NCBI RefSeq assembly: GCF_046105845.1 | Contig: NZ_CP151004.1 | Direction: 5' to 3' (one strand) | Source: Escherichia coli | GTDB lineage: Bacteria > Pseudomonadota > Gammaproteobacteria > Enterobacterales > Enterobacteriaceae | DNA: 64,000 nt | Shown: in pieces, positions 16,705-27,747 of the stretch | Layout of the letters: each line of letters begins with the position of its first letter | Position numbering within the stretch: the stretch's first letter is position 1 | Notes under the pieces: model-generated | Seen by the model: the letters and a program-made list of their open reading frames with translations, nothing else | Told to the model about the DNA's origin: nothing | The model's database searches: none | Made by a program: the position numbers and the translations under genes

Positions 16705-17976
16705 ATGCCTAACAATCTCGACAGTAACGTCAGTCAAATCGTTCTGAAAAAATTCCTTCCGGGTTTTATGTCAGATTTAGTTCTGGCGAAAACCGTAGAC
16801 CGTCAGTTGCTGGCAGGTGAAATCAACTCCAGCACTGGCGATAGCGTTAGCTTTAAACGTCCGCATCAATTCTCATCCCTCCGTACTCCAACTGGTGATA
16901 TTTCAGGGCAAAATAAAAACAACCTGATCTCAGGTAAAGCTACTGGGCGTGTAGGTAACTACATCACTGTTGCTGTTGAATATCAGCAACTGGAGGAAGC
17001 GATCAAGCTTAACCAACTGGAAGAAATTCTCGCGCCGGTTCGCCAGCGAATCGTTACCGACCTTGAAACAGAGCTTGCTCACTTCATGATGAATAACGGT
17101 GCGTTGTCACTTGGTAGCCCCAATACTCCAATCACCAAATGGTCTGATGTTGCGCAGACGGCATCTTTCCTGAAAGACCTCGGCGTTAATGAAGGTGAAA
17201 ACTATGCTGTAATGGATCCATGGTCTGCACAGCGACTTGCTGATGCGCAGACTGGTTTGCACGCTTCAGATCAATTGGTTCGTACTGCATGGGAGAATGC
17301 ACAGATCCCGACCAATTTTGGCGGCATTCGCGCACTGATGTCTAATGGGCTTGCCTCTCGTACTCAGGGGGCATTTGGCGGAACACTGACAGTCAAAACA
17401 CAGCCAACTGTTACCTATAACGCAGTTAAAGACTCATACCAGTTCACTGTAACATTGACCGGAGCGACAACCAGCGTTACAGGTTTCCTGAAAGCTGGTG
17501 ATCAGGTTAAATTCACCAATACCTACTGGCTGCAACAGCAGACCAAACAGGCGTTGTATAACGGAGCCACACCAATTAGCTTCACTGCAACGGTTACTGC
17601 TGATGCTGATTCAGACGGCAGTGGCGATGTGACGGTTACGCTTTCTGGTGTTCCGATTTATGACACTACAAACCCGCAGTACAACTCTGTAAGTCGTCAG
17701 GTAGCGGCAGGCGATGCCGTATCTGTAGTAGGCACTGCTAGCCAGACAATGAAGCCAAACCTGTTCTATAACAAGTTCTTCTGTGGACTTGGCTCTATCC
17801 CACTGCCGAAACTGCACAGTATTGATTCTGCTGTTGCAACATATGAAGGTTTCTCCATCCGCGTACATAAATACGCAGATGGCGATGCCAACGTGCAAAA
17901 AATGCGCTTTGACTTACTGCCTGCATATGTGTGCTTTAACCCTCACATGGGCGGTCAGTTCTTCGGTAATCCGTAA
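16705..17976 (+). CDS. Major capsid (coat) protein, P22/Sf6 type
   Basis: 423 aa. Sf6 gp5-like in size and position. Strong terminator downstream. Confidence 0.9.
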   Translation: MPNNLDSNVSQIVLKKFLPGFMSDLVLAKTVDRQLLAGEINSSTGDSVSFKRPHQFSSLRTPTGDISGQNKNNLISGKATGRVGNYITVAVEYQQLEEAIKLNQLEEILAPVRQRIVTDLETELAHFMMNNGALSLGSPNTPITKWSDVAQTASFLKDLGVNEGENYAVMDPWSAQRLADAQTGLHASDQLVRTAWENAQIPTNFGGIRALMSNGLASRTQGAFGGTLTVKTQPTVTYNAVKDSYQFTVTLTGATTSVTGFLKAGDQVKFTNTYWLQQQTKQALYNGATPISFTATVTADADSDGSGDVTVTLSGVPIYDTTNPQYNSVSRQVAAGDAVSVVGTASQTMKPNLFYNKFFCGLGSIPLPKLHSIDSAVATYEGFSIRVHKYADGDANVQKMRFDLLPAYVCFNPHMGGQFFGNP

Positions 17977-17980
17977 TAAC

Positions 17981-18002
17981 AAGGGGCTTACGCCCCTTTT
18001 AT
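17981..18002 (+). terminator. Terminator/attenuator after the coat gene
   Basis: AAGGGGC-TTAC-GCCCCTT followed by TTT. Confidence 0.7.
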
Positions 18003-18018
18003 GTTTTAAGGAAACAAT

Positions 18019-18204
18019 ATGGATCGCATGAGTGTATTCCTTGCCGCAGATAACGAATCCGGGCATGTACAGGCCGTTATCGCAGAAAAAGACTTCCAGT
18101 TTTTCGAAAAGTTGGGCTTTGTTGCCTCAGTTGATGAATTGAAACCGACCAGTAAGCGAGGTCGTAAGGCGGCAGACAATGGCAACAGTACTGACAAAGG
18201 GTGA
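18019..18204 (+). CDS. Hypothetical 61-aa virion-module protein
   Basis: ORF-track protein between the coat gene and the gp4-like gene. Confidence 0.5.
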   Translation: MDRMSVFLAADNESGHVQAVIAEKDFQFFEKLGFVASVDELKPTSKRGRKAADNGNSTDKG

Positions 18205-18661
18205 GATCGTCCTTTTTGCGCTTCGTAAGTTTGCTATTGCTTCTAATGCATCGCTGACTGATGTTGAGCCGCAATCAATTGAAGATGGTGTAAATGATCT
18301 GGAAGATATGATGTCCGAGTGGATGATTAACCCCGGCGACATTGGTTACGCTTTCGCAACTGGAGATGAGCAGCCATTACCAGATGATGAGTCAGGTCTT
18401 CCAAGAAAATACAAACACGCAGTAGGCTATCAGTTATTGCTGAGAATGCTATCTGATTACAGCCTTGAGCCAACTCCGCAAGTTCTCAGTAACGCCCAAC
18501 GCTCATATGATGCCTTGATGACCGACACTCTGGTTGTTCCTTCAATGCGACGACGTGGAGATTTTCCTGTAGGACAGGGTAATAAATATGACGTGTTCAC
18601 ATCTGACCGATATTATCCAGGCGATCTCCCTCTGATTGATGGCGATATCCCAAACGCATAG
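18179..18661 (+). CDS. Head-to-tail adaptor (P22 gp4 family)
   Basis: 160 aa. [35 protein letters not shown] parallels P22 gp4 [35 protein letters not shown]. Confidence 0.9.
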   Translation: [160 protein letters not shown]

Positions 18662-18669
18662 GTGAATAA

Positions 18670-20088
18670 ATGCCTATTCAGCAACTTCCACTTATGAAAG
18701 GTGTCGGCAAAGACTTTCGAAACGCCGACTATATCGACTATCTGCCAGTGAATATGCTGGCTACACCCAAAGAAATCCTGAACAGCAGCGGATATCTTCG
18801 CTCATTCCCGGGCATTGCCAAACGTTCTGATGTGAACGGTGTATCGCGCGGCGTCGAGTACAACATGGCGCAGAGTGCTGTTTATCGCGTGTGTGGTGGC
18901 AAGCTGTATAAGGGCGAAAGTGAAGTCGGTGATGTTGCCGGAAGTGGTCGCGTATCAATGGCGCATGGTCGGACATCACAGGCGGTAGGCGTTAATGGTC
19001 AACTGGTCGAGTATCGTTATGATGGCACGGTTAAAACCGTCTCAAACTGGCCTACAGACAGCGGATTCACGCAGTATGAGTTAGGTTCAGTCCGCGACAT
19101 TACGCGCTTACGTGGGCGTTATGCGTGGTCAAAAGACGGAACTGATTCATGGTTTATCACTGACCTTGGAGACGAATCTCATCCTGACCGCTACAGCGCA
19201 CAATATCGCGCAGAATCTCAGCCTGATGGCATCATCGGCATAGGGACATGGCGAGACTTCATCGTCTGCTTTGGTTCATCGACGATTGAATATTTCTCCC
19301 TGACTGGCGCAACCACCGTTGGTGCCGCTTTGTATGTCGCACAGCCATCACTGATGGTGCAAAAAGGAATCGCCGGGACTTACTGCAAAACGCCGTTTGC
19401 TGATTCTTATGCATTTATCAGCAATCCGGCAACAGGTGCGCCGTCTGTGTATATCATCGGCTCCGGTCAGGTTTCACCAATCGCCAGCGCGAGCATTGAG
19501 AAAATTCTCCGCTCCTACACTGCTGATGAACTGGCTGATGGTGTGATGGAGTCTCTGCGATTTGATGCGCATGAGCTGCTGATTATCCATCTTCCGCGCC
19601 ATGTTCTCGTGTACGACGCATCTTCAAGCGCCAATGGTCCGCAATGGTGTGTACTGAAAACAGGCCTGTATGACGATGTGTACCGCGCTATCGACTTCAT
19701 TTACGAAGGCAATCAGATAACGTGCGGCGATAAGCTGGAGTCCGTGACCGGGAAATTGCAATTCGATATCAGCAGCCAGTACGAAAAGCAACAGGAACAC
19801 CTGCTGTTTACTCCGTTGTTCAAAGCGGATAACGCCAGAGTTTTCGACCTTGAAGTTGAATCTTCAACTGGCGTTGCGCAGTATGCTGACCGCCTGTTCC
19901 TCTCTGCAACTACTGACGGCATCAATTACGGGCGTGAGCAGATGATTGAGCAAAATGAACCGTTCGTTTACGACAAACGCGTTTTGTGGAAGCGTGTCGG
20001 GCGAATCAGGAAAAATGTTGGCTTCAAATTGCGCGTTATCACGAAGTCACCTGTCACTCTGTCTGGCTGCCAGATAAGGATTGAGTAA
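18670..20088 (+). CDS. Tail hub protein (P22 gp10 family)
   Basis: 472 aa, the P22 gp10 size. Lies between the gp4 and needle homologues. Confidence 0.85.
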   Translation: MPIQQLPLMKGVGKDFRNADYIDYLPVNMLATPKEILNSSGYLRSFPGIAKRSDVNGVSRGVEYNMAQSAVYRVCGGKLYKGESEVGDVAGSGRVSMAHGRTSQAVGVNGQLVEYRYDGTVKTVSNWPTDSGFTQYELGSVRDITRLRGRYAWSKDGTDSWFITDLGDESHPDRYSAQYRAESQPDGIIGIGTWRDFIVCFGSSTIEYFSLTGATTVGAALYVAQPSLMVQKGIAGTYCKTPFADSYAFISNPATGAPSVYIIGSGQVSPIASASIEKILRSYTADELADGVMESLRFDAHELLIIHLPRHVLVYDASSSANGPQWCVLKTGLYDDVYRAIDFIYEGNQITCGDKLESVTGKLQFDISSQYEKQQEHLLFTPLFKADNARVFDLEVESSTGVAQYADRLFLSATTDGINYGREQMIEQNEPFVYDKRVLWKRVGRIRKNVGFKLRVITKSPVTLSGCQIRIE

Positions 20089-20936
20089 TGGCGGATTCGA
20101 ATCTCAATGTGCCGGTAATCATCCAAGCTACGCGGCTCGATACATCAATCCTTCCACGCAATATCTTCTCGCAGTCATATCTGCTGTACGTTATTGCACA
20201 GGGTACTGATGTTGGTAACGTGGCTAACAAGGCCAACGAGGCCGGACAGGGCGCTTATGATGCACAAGTCAGGAACGATGAGCAGGATGTGATTCTCGCT
20301 GACCATGAGCAGCGAATTTCTGCTGCGGAAGCAACGCTTGTTAATCATGAGGAGCGAATCAGCCAGGCAGAATCAACTCTTCAGGAACATGAAACGCGAA
20401 TCGCTCAGAATGAAAGCGATATTGCGTCGCTTGATACCAGAGTTCAGTCGCTGGAATCGCAGGTTTCAGAACATGAAACGCGCATCGATGCTCTGGAGTA
20501 TGCCACTACTCGCAAGAAGTCAGAGGTTGTTTACTCTGGCGTATCAGTAACCATCCCGACAGCGCCGACCAACCTTGTTAGCCTGCTGAAAACGCTCACG
20601 CCGTCATCCGGCTCGTTGACACCATTCTTCGACACCGTTAACAACAAGATGGTTGTGTTCAACGAGAACAAAACCCTGTTCTTCAAGCTGTCGATTGTCG
20701 GGACGTGGCCCAGCGGAACCGCCAACAGGTCAATGCAGCTAACCTTTTCCGGCTCTGTTCCTGACACTCTGGTAAGCAGTCGTAACTCGGCGACAGCAAC
20801 CGATAACATCTTGTTAGCTACGTTCTTCAGCGTGGATAAAGACGGATTTCTTGCCACAAATGGCAGTACGTTAACCATCCAGTCAAATGGTGCGGCGTTT
20901 ACTGCCACAACCATCAAGATAATCGCGGAGCAGTGA
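20088..20936 (+). CDS. Tail needle (P22 gp26 family; Sf6 gp9-like with C-terminal knob)
   Basis: 282 aa. N-terminus [41 protein letters not shown], a long trimeric coiled-coil region, and a beta-rich C-terminal domain. Confidence 0.9.
   Translation: MADSNLNVPVIIQATRLDTSILPRNIFSQSYLLYVIAQGTDVGNVANKANEAGQGAYDAQVRNDEQDVILADHEQRISAAEATLVNHEERISQAESTLQEHETRIAQNESDIASLDTRVQSLESQVSEHETRIDALEYATTRKKSEVVYSGVSVTIPTAPTNLVSLLKTLTPSSGSLTPFFDTVNNKMVVFNENKTLFFKLSIVGTWPSGTANRSMQLTFSGSVPDTLVSSRNSATATDNILLATFFSVDKDGFLATNGSTLTIQSNGAAFTATTIKIIAEQ
20304..20513 (+). repeat. Five tandem 42-bp (14-aa) repeats encoding the needle coiled coil
   Basis: Units start at 20304, 20346, 20388, 20430 and 20472: [14 protein letters not shown] / [14 protein letters not shown] / [14 protein letters not shown] / [14 protein letters not shown] / [14 protein letters not shown]. 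Confidence 0.8.
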
Positions 20937-21391
20937 TGATTCAGTTCAAACCAACGCGAAACATCGACCTGATCGAAGCAGTCGGAAATCACCCTGACAT
21001 TATCGCCGGGAGCAACAACGGTGATGGATACGACTACAAACCTGATTGCCGTTACTTTGAGGTGAACGTGCACGGGCAGTTCGGCGGCATTGTTTACTAT
21101 CAGGAGATTCAGCCGCTGACATTCGATTGCCACGCCATGTACCTGCCAGAGGTTCGTGGATTCAGCAAGGAAATCGGGCTGGCGTTCTGGCGATACATTC
21201 TGACTAACACCACCGTTCAGTGCGTCACATCGTTCGCCGCACGCAAATTCCGCCACGGTCAGATGTACTGCGCAATGATTGGACTTAAGCGTGTAGGAAC
21301 CATCAAGAAATACTTCAAAGGCGTGGATGACGTGACATTTTACAGTGCTACACGCGAAGAACTAATCGAATTCCTGAATCACGGGAGATAG
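20933..21391 (+). CDS. P22 gp14-position head-assembly protein
   Basis: 152 aa. Lies between the needle gene and the ejection-protein genes, as gene 14 does in P22. Assignment is mostly positional. Confidence 0.6.
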   Translation: MMIQFKPTRNIDLIEAVGNHPDIIAGSNNGDGYDYKPDCRYFEVNVHGQFGGIVYYQEIQPLTFDCHAMYLPEVRGFSKEIGLAFWRYILTNTTVQCVTSFAARKFRHGQMYCAMIGLKRVGTIKKYFKGVDDVTFYSATREELIEFLNHGR

Positions 21392-21393
21392 CC

Positions 21394-22086
21394 ATGTTAT
21401 ATGCATTTAAGCTGGGCAGAAAACTGCGCGGCGAGGAACCTTATTGCCCTGAAAAAGGCGGGAAAGGTGGCAGCTCTGATAAAAGCGCAAAGTATGCAGC
21501 AGAAGCTCAGAAGTATGCCGCAGACCTGCAAAATCAGCAGTGGCAGACGATCATGAAAAACCTTGCTCCGTTCACGCCACTCGCTCAGCAGTACGTATCA
21601 CAATTGCAGAATCTTTCCTCTCTTCAGGGGCAAGGCCAGGCACTTAACCAGTATTACAACTCTCAGCAGTACAAAGATCTTGCTGGTCAGGCTCGCTATC
21701 AGAGTCTGACTGCAGCGGAAGCAACAGGTGGATTGGGTTCCACTGCAACCGGTAATCAGTTAGCAACAATCGCACCAACGCTTGGTCAGCAGTGGCTGTC
21801 TGGTCAGATGAACAACTACCAGAATCTGGCAAACGTTGGGCTTGGTGCTCTGCAAGGTCAGGCAAACGCAGGGCAGACATATGCCAACAACATGAGTCAG
21901 ATTTCGCAGCAAAGTGCGGCTCTTGCAGCGGCAAATGCCAACAGACCATCAGCAATGCAATCTGCTATTGGCGGAGGTGCGTCTGGTGCTATTGCTGGGG
22001 CCGGACTTGCGAAATTAATTGGTTCATCAACTCCGTGGGGGGCTGCGATCGGCGGCGGTCTTGGTCTGCTTGGCTCGTTGTTTTAA
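21394..22086 (+). CDS. Ejection (E) protein, P22 gp7 analogue
   Basis: 230 aa, Gln/Asn/Gly-rich with a hydrophobic Gly-rich C-terminus. First of three ejection genes. Confidence 0.75.
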   Translation: MLYAFKLGRKLRGEEPYCPEKGGKGGSSDKSAKYAAEAQKYAADLQNQQWQTIMKNLAPFTPLAQQYVSQLQNLSSLQGQGQALNQYYNSQQYKDLAGQARYQSLTAAEATGGLGSTATGNQLATIAPTLGQQWLSGQMNNYQNLANVGLGALQGQANAGQTYANNMSQISQQSAALAAANANRPSAMQSAIGGGASGAIAGAGLAKLIGSSTPWGAAIGGGLGLLGSLF

Positions 22087-22096
22087 GGGGTAATCA

Positions 22097-23512
22097 ATGG
22101 CTACGTGGCAACAGGGTATTAATTCTGGTGGTTTTCTGGCTGGCATCGGTACGCAAAATGAGAATGCGCCAAAGGCAAGCGACATTAACGCAACGCTTGG
22201 TCTGATCCGCGAAAACAATGAACTGGCTCGCTCAGGTGCAAATAACGTTAGTCTGACCGCGTTACGTGGTCTGGCTGGAGTTGCTGATATTTACAATCAG
22301 GAACAGCAACAGAAAGCGATTAGTGCGTTCAATAAGGTTCACGCTGATGCATGGGCTTCTGGTGATCCATCGGGACTATTTAAGTTTGCCCAGGAAAATC
22401 CAGCGTTTGTTGCACAGGCACAACAGGCGTTTTCCGGTCTTAATGATCAGCAACGCAACGATATGGGCGATTTAGCCATGAGGGCTAACGTCGCTCTTTC
22501 TCAGGGACCGGAAGCCTACAGTAAATTCATTACTGACAACAAGGACAGGTTAAATCGCGTGGGGGCGAATGCTGACTGGATGATTCAGACAGGTATCCAG
22601 AATCCAGAGCAGCTATCACACATGCTGACTACTATGTCTCTCGGTGCGCTTGGACCAGAAAAGGCGTTTGCTGTTCAGGACAAGATGGCTGGTCGTGAAA
22701 TTGACCGAGGCAAACTTGCAGAGACAATCCGCAGCAATCAGGCTGGAGAAGCACTTCAGGCGAGAGGGCAAAACCTTTCCTATCAGTCAGCAATGACTGG
22801 ACACAATATCGCAGCACAACGCTTGGCTCTGGATCAGCAAGAGTTCGGGTTTAAGATGCAGCAAGCGCAGGAAAAGGCTCAGCAGTTGATTAGCGAAGCA
22901 CCTAAGCTGTCAGTAAACATGGAAAAAGGCATCGAGACGGCTGTAAACAATGCCACAGCATCATCAAACTCAGCCAATTCCATGAGTGCGCTTGCTCAAC
23001 AGTTCAGAGCAGAAAAACCAACGACAGGTTTGTTCGGTAACGCACAGAACATGTTCGCAAAACTTACCGGAAGCGATACGACATTGCGTGATTTGCGCAT
23101 TCGCCAAAATGCCCTTGTTAACAGTCAGGTTCTTAAATTCCTACCTCCCGGCCCAGCAACGGATAAAGACGTTGAGATCGTTAGACAGGGTGCGCCAACT
23201 GACATGGATAACCCTGAGACGGTCGCAAGATGGCTTGATGCAATGGCAAACCTTGAGCGACGAAACGCGCAGTTTAATGAGTTTAAAGCTGAGTGGATGA
23301 GCGCGAATGGCAACCCTGGACAATCGCGTAATGGCGGTCAGATATTGGGGTTGGATGTTAAAAAAGGTGAATCATTGGGGAGTGCCGTTAAGCGGTATAT
23401 GTCATTGAATACTGACGCAGCGCCAGCACAAGATTCGATACCTTCAGGAGAACCACGGAATCAGGTTGGATCATATACCTCAAAATCAGGCATTCAATTT
23501 ACGGTGGAATGA
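22097..23512 (+). CDS. Ejection protein, P22 gp20 analogue
   Basis: 471 aa (P22 gp20 size), in the expected position. Confidence 0.75.
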   Translation: MATWQQGINSGGFLAGIGTQNENAPKASDINATLGLIRENNELARSGANNVSLTALRGLAGVADIYNQEQQQKAISAFNKVHADAWASGDPSGLFKFAQENPAFVAQAQQAFSGLNDQQRNDMGDLAMRANVALSQGPEAYSKFITDNKDRLNRVGANADWMIQTGIQNPEQLSHMLTTMSLGALGPEKAFAVQDKMAGREIDRGKLAETIRSNQAGEALQARGQNLSYQSAMTGHNIAAQRLALDQQEFGFKMQQAQEKAQQLISEAPKLSVNMEKGIETAVNNATASSNSANSMSALAQQFRAEKPTTGLFGNAQNMFAKLTGSDTTLRDLRIRQNALVNSQVLKFLPPGPATDKDVEIVRQGAPTDMDNPETVARWLDAMANLERRNAQFNEFKAEWMSANGNPGQSRNGGQILGLDVKKGESLGSAVKRYMSLNTDAAPAQDSIPSGEPRNQVGSYTSKSGIQFTVE

Positions 23513-25350
23513 TGAAAGTAACTGCAAACGGAAAGACATTTACCTTCCCTGATGGTACGAGCACGGAAGATATTGGCACCGCCATTGATGAGTATTTTGC
23601 TGGTCAGGCTGTTCAGCAACAAACAGTTAATCAGGCCAATAATGCACCAACACGGGAAGAACCATCATTGATGCAACAAGCTGGCGATTGGCTCACAGGT
23701 GGTCAAAGTGCAGGGCAAATTGCAGAGCAGGCTGGTCGTGGTCTGGTAAACATACCATTTGACGTATTGCAGGGTGGCGCAAGTCTGATTAATGCAATCA
23801 GCCAGGGGCTTGGTGGCCCCAAGGTTTTGGACGATGTCTATCGTCCAGTAGATCGACCAACAGACCCTTATGCGCAAGCTGGAGAAACAATTGGCGGGTA
23901 TTTAGTTCCAGGAGTTGGAACTGCAGGAAGCATGGCTATTGGATCACTGGCAGAAGCCGCAAACCAGAAAGGCGATTTCGCGCAAAATGCAGCCATAAAC
24001 GCCGGAGTTAACCTTGCCGCTCAGGGTGTTCTTTCCGCAGCAGCAAAGGGAATAGGGCGTGGAATAACGGCTATAAAAGGCGATATCGCGCCAGAAGTAG
24101 CGAAAAAAATTGCCACCTCAGAATCGATGGGCGTGACACCAATGACATCTGATGTTATCCCGCCGAAAAATGCTTTCACTCGCGGCCTTACTCAGGATGC
24201 CGAGGGGGCTTTGCTCGGGACAGGCTCAAAGCGAGCGGAGCAATATGCAACGCGTAGTAAGTTGGTAAGTAATTATTTTGACCGTTTTGGTGAGTACAAC
24301 CCGGATGATGTGGTGAAATCTCTGACCACCACGTTAAGGGGACGGAAGGATGCCGCTGGCGCTGTTATCAATGACGTCACCAATAAAATGGGTAATGCCG
24401 CAGTTGATACCACAAACACTATGAATGCTCTGAATACAGCGATCGCAAGACAGGAACGGCTTGGGACGTCTGCCAATCAAAGCCTGCTTACATCCTTGCG
24501 TAACCTACGTGAAGAATTAGCAAACCCTGCAACTGATTTGGATGTTACGTTTGATCTCTTGCGTCAGCACAGAACAGCATTTAGATCTAATGTTCAGGGA
24601 GATGCTATGGTCTTCCCCAACCAGGCAAAAGCAGCTACCAATATGGTAGAGAATGCAATGTCAAAAGACCTTCGTAACGCAGTTGCTAAAAACCTCGGTG
24701 CATCAGACGCAGCAAAATACCTTAAAGCAAATTCAGATTATGCAAACGTTTATAATAAGGTGCTTAATAAAAACATTGCTAACAAGCTCAACAAGGCAAG
24801 CAGTGAAGCCAGTCCTGAACTTATAAATACCGTTGTATTAAGCAGAAAACCATCTGACGTGAAACGAATCTGGAGCGCATTGGATGATAAAGGGAAAGAT
24901 GCTATGCGTGCAGCTTACGTCAGCAAAATAGCGGAAAAGGCCGGTGACTCTCCAGCCAAGTTCATCACTGAAGTTAATAAGCTGAAATCTCAGTCAGGCG
25001 GTGAAATTTACAACACTATTTTTTCTGGAAAGCACATGAAAGAACTTGATGCTCTTCATGAAGTTCTGCAGCAAACAGCAAGGTCAGACACCGCAAATGT
25101 AGTAACTCAGACGGGGCAATCGCAAGCCAACAGGATAAGGACGATTGGCGCAACTGCGACTCTTGGCGTATCAATGGGGCTTGAGGCTGGTTTCGGTGCA
25201 ATGATGCGCTTGTATGAGTCTAAAGCAGCAAGAAACATGCTTCTCCGCCTTGCAAACGTCAAGCCTGGAACTCCGGCATATGAGCGAGCGTTAAATCAGG
25301 CTGCTAACGCCGTTCGCCCTCTCCTAACTAACGAAGCTACCAGGCAGTAG
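23509..25350 (+). CDS. Ejection protein, P22 gp16 analogue
   Basis: 613 aa (P22 gp16 is about 609 aa). ATGA overlap with the preceding gene. Confidence 0.75.
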   Translation: MMKVTANGKTFTFPDGTSTEDIGTAIDEYFAGQAVQQQTVNQANNAPTREEPSLMQQAGDWLTGGQSAGQIAEQAGRGLVNIPFDVLQGGASLINAISQGLGGPKVLDDVYRPVDRPTDPYAQAGETIGGYLVPGVGTAGSMAIGSLAEAANQKGDFAQNAAINAGVNLAAQGVLSAAAKGIGRGITAIKGDIAPEVAKKIATSESMGVTPMTSDVIPPKNAFTRGLTQDAEGALLGTGSKRAEQYATRSKLVSNYFDRFGEYNPDDVVKSLTTTLRGRKDAAGAVINDVTNKMGNAAVDTTNTMNALNTAIARQERLGTSANQSLLTSLRNLREELANPATDLDVTFDLLRQHRTAFRSNVQGDAMVFPNQAKAATNMVENAMSKDLRNAVAKNLGASDAAKYLKANSDYANVYNKVLNKNIANKLNKASSEASPELINTVVLSRKPSDVKRIWSALDDKGKDAMRAAYVSKIAEKAGDSPAKFITEVNKLKSQSGGEIYNTIFSGKHMKELDALHEVLQQTARSDTANVVTQTGQSQANRIRTIGATATLGVSMGLEAGFGAMMRLYESKAARNMLLRLANVKPGTPAYERALNQAANAVRPLLTNEATRQ

Positions 25351-25369
25351 AAATGAACGCCAAGGAAGG

Positions 25370-25699
25370 CTATTTAATTCTCTTTTCAATGGCTGCAATT
25401 ATTGCTTTTCCTGATGTTTCAGGAGATTTTGTAGCCATATAAGACGAAAAAATCATGTCGGTCATTCTTTCATAACTTACTATTTCCCACTTAGCCAATG
25501 CATGGGACAGTTTGTAGTTGTCATCAGTTAGTGCCCTTATGGAATTTTTTAAGTGTTTATTCTCTTCTGTTAATCGCGCAATTTTTGTATCAATTTCATG
25601 TGAGCGATCTAATTCCTTAACCTGTTTCTTGAGGGCAGCTAACCCTGCATATAGTACGCAACAGGATATCCCAAGAGCGAGTACGACTATTTCTAACAC
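25370..25699 (-). CDS. Hypothetical membrane-anchored coiled-coil protein (sieA slot)
   Basis: 109 aa. GTG start 5 nt after TAAGGAGG. N-terminal TM helix LEIVVLALGISCCVLYAGLAAL, then KKQVKELDRSHEIDTKIARLTEENKHLKNSIRALTDDNYKL. AT-rich. Confidence 0.7.
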   Translation of the reverse strand: MLEIVVLALGISCCVLYAGLAALKKQVKELDRSHEIDTKIARLTEENKHLKNSIRALTDDNYKLSHALAKWEIVSYERMTDMIFSSYMATKSPETSGKAIIAAIEKRIK

Positions 25700-25817
25700 A
25701 CCAACCTCCTTAGTTTTTCGCAGGATACCATGAAAAAAGTAAACATCTTTTGCCTACTTCACATTTGAATGGTTTGTCATTAGGATGTTTCCGGTTTTTT
25801 CAAATATGGAAATTGAT

Positions 25818-26237
25818 ATGAAGAGGATTATCGGCGTTGTTGCTGGCGCTATATTGTTATCTGGGTGCGCAACTATTGTTGGTGACGAAACACAGCTCGT
25901 GCAAGTGAACAGCAATCCTTCCGGTGCGAGCTTTAAAGTAAAAGACGAATCAGGCGTGATTGTTGCGCAAGGCAAGACCCCGCAAGGAGTAACTCTTGCC
26001 AAGTCAGATGGGAGTTATTTTGGCAAAAAGAGCTACCAGATCACTATGGAAAAGGATGGGTACGAACCAGTTACCCTGCCAATCAAAGCCAATGCTAATG
26101 GTTGGTATATTGGTGGAAACCTTGTGTTTGGTGGGTTAATTGGTTGGCTTGCTGTAGATCCTTTTAATGGTGGGATGTATACCTTGAAGCCAAAAGAGGC
26201 AAACGCATCTCTTATACCATCAACAAAGCAAGACTAA
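25818..26237 (+). CDS. Lipoprotein with PEGA-like domain and C-terminal glycine zipper
   Basis: 139 aa from MKRIIGVVAGAILLSGC (lipobox). VQVNSNPSGASFKVKDESGVIVAQGKTPQGVTL...KDGYEPVTL is PEGA-like. GWYIGGNLVFGGLIGWLAVDPFNGG is a Gly zipper. The ORF track starts earlier, at 25785. Confidence 0.75.
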   Translation: MKRIIGVVAGAILLSGCATIVGDETQLVQVNSNPSGASFKVKDESGVIVAQGKTPQGVTLAKSDGSYFGKKSYQITMEKDGYEPVTLPIKANANGWYIGGNLVFGGLIGWLAVDPFNGGMYTLKPKEANASLIPSTKQD

Positions 26238-26245
26238 TAAATAGG

Positions 26246-26268
26246 ACCCACCTTCAGGTGGGTTTTTT
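26246..26268. terminator. Bidirectional terminator between the lipoprotein gene and mnt
   Basis: ACCCACC-TTCA-GGTGGGT followed by TTTTTT. It overlaps the 3' end of mnt. Confidence 0.75.
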
Positions 26269-26505
26269 GTACAAATCCTTCAGCGTATCAAACACCATCT
26301 TCTTAACAAGCTCTGACTGCTCATCAGCGAGTCGTTCTGCATCGTCGCGATATCCAGTCACAGGCGATGGTTTTGATAGAGCATCTTGGACGATTTGTAA
26401 CAACTCGGAGTTCATTGATCTCCCATTCGCCTCCGCCCTGAATTTTAATTTCTCCCTTACTTCCATAGGCATACGGAAGTTAAAGTGCGGATCATCTCTA
26501 GCCAT
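26254..26505 (-). CDS. mnt: Mnt repressor (immI, ribbon-helix-helix)
   Basis: 83 aa, MARDDPHFNFRMPMEVREKLKFRAEANGRSMNSELLQIVQDAL... It matches remembered P22 Mnt. Confidence 0.95.
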   Translation of the reverse strand: MARDDPHFNFRMPMEVREKLKFRAEANGRSMNSELLQIVQDALSKPSPVTGYRDDAERLADEQSELVKKMVFDTLKDLYKKPT

Positions 26506-26527
26506 GCCATCACTCCAAGTTAGTGTA

Positions 26528-26580
26528 TTGACATGATAGAAGCACTCTACTATATTCTCAATAGGTCCACCGTGGACCTA
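26528..26580 (+). promoter_or_regulatory. Pant promoter with Arc and Mnt operators
   Basis: -35 TTGACA (26528-33), -10 TATATT (26551-56). Arc operator ATGATAGAAGCACTCTACTAT (26533-53). Mnt operator is a perfect palindrome, AGGTCCAC-C-GTGGACCT (26563-79). Confidence 0.85.
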
Positions 26581-26595
26581 TATTGTGAGGTGAAT

Positions 26596-26757
26596 ATGAA
26601 AGGAATGAGCAAGATGCCGCAGTTCAATTTGCGGTGGCCTAAAGAAGTATTGGATTTGGTACGCAAGGTGGCGGAAGAGAATGGTCGGTCTGTTAACTCT
26701 GAGATTTATCAGAGAGTAATGGAAAGCTTTAAGAAGGAAGGGCGCATTGGCGCGTAA
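26596..26757 (+). CDS. arc: Arc repressor
   Basis: 53 aa, [53 protein letters not shown]. It matches remembered P22 Arc. Confidence 0.95.
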   Translation: MKGMSKMPQFNLRWPKEVLDLVRKVAEENGRSVNSEIYQRVMESFKKEGRIGA

Positions 26758-26825
26758 AGTTGAAGCCCCAACTGCGGGAACAGTCAGGGCTTCGGTATCA
26801 ACAAATCGGATTAGGAAATATTGAC
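26758..26825 (-). ncRNA. sar: Putative sar antisense RNA (covers the ant RBS)
   Basis: Minus-strand -10 TATACT (26832-37) just inside ant. The transcript would cross the ant SD/ATG and end at hairpin GAAGCCC...GGGCTTC (26762-93). The predicted ~68 nt agrees with the remembered size of P22 sar. Confidence 0.45.
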
Positions 26826-27704
26826 ATGAAAAGTATAGCAAAGGCACAAAACGATTTCACCATCTTCAAATTCGGCGACAGTGAAATCCGCGTCATCAAC
26901 AAATGCGGTGAGCCGTGGTTTGTAGCAAAAGATGTTTGTGATGCTTTAACCCTGACTAACTCACGCAAGGCGCTTACTGCACTTGATGACGATGAAAAGG
27001 GAGTAACTTTAAGTTACACCCTTGGTGGTGAGCAGAATCTAAGCATTGTTAGCGAATCAGGTATGTATACATTGGTTCTGCGCTGCCGCGATGCTGTCAA
27101 TAAAGGTTCGGTCCCGCACAAATTCCGCAAGTGGGTAACAGCAGAAGTTCTACCTTCAATTCGCAAACATGGCGAGTATGTGAAAGGCAAGAAAACCACT
27201 GTTGAGGAAAGAACGCCGCTACGCGATGCAGTAAACATGCTGGTAGGAAAGAAAGGACTTCGCTATGACGATGCATACAATATGGTTCATCAGCGTTTTG
27301 GTATTGACAGCATTGATGAACTTTCAATTGAACAAATCCCGCTGGCCGTAGAGTACATCCACAGGGTAGTGCTTGAAGGCGAGTTTATCGGCAAACAAGA
27401 GAAGAAAGCAAACGAGCTTTCTGCAAAAGAAGCAAACAGCCTTGTATGGCTATGGGATTATGCTAACCGTTCACAGGCATTATTCCGCGAACTGTATCCG
27501 GCATTAAAACAAATTCAATCGAACTATTCCGGCAGATGCTACGACTACGGTCATGAATTCTCGTATGTTATCGGAATGGCGAGAGACGTTTTAATCAATC
27601 ACACACGAGATGTTGATATCAATGAGCCAGACGGACCAGCGAATCTTTCCGCATGGATGAGACTTAAGAATAAAGAATTACCTCCTTCAGTACATAACTA
27701 CTGA
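26826..27704 (+). CDS. ant: Antirepressor Ant (Bro-N-type N-terminal domain)
   Basis: 292 aa from [41 protein letters not shown]. The ORF-track start at 26760 is a TTG in the arc-ant spacer. Confidence 0.85.
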   Translation: MKSIAKAQNDFTIFKFGDSEIRVINKCGEPWFVAKDVCDALTLTNSRKALTALDDDEKGVTLSYTLGGEQNLSIVSESGMYTLVLRCRDAVNKGSVPHKFRKWVTAEVLPSIRKHGEYVKGKKTTVEERTPLRDAVNMLVGKKGLRYDDAYNMVHQRFGIDSIDELSIEQIPLAVEYIHRVVLEGEFIGKQEKKANELSAKEANSLVWLWDYANRSQALFRELYPALKQIQSNYSGRCYDYGHEFSYVIGMARDVLINHTRDVDINEPDGPANLSAWMRLKNKELPPSVHNY

Positions 27705-27722
27705 CAGATAACCAACGCGACA

Positions 27723-27747
27723 ACCCAGCTTCGGCTGGGTTTTTTTA
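27723..27747 (+). terminator. Terminator after ant
   Basis: ACCCAGC-TTCG-GCTGGGT followed by TTTTTTT. Confidence 0.85.

Noticed and set aside
26760-26825. 5' extension of the ant ORF (TTG start at 26760) given by the ORF track
   Set aside because: The extension covers the arc-ant spacer that contains the sar terminator hairpin. The P22-like Ant N-terminus begins at the ATG at 26826.
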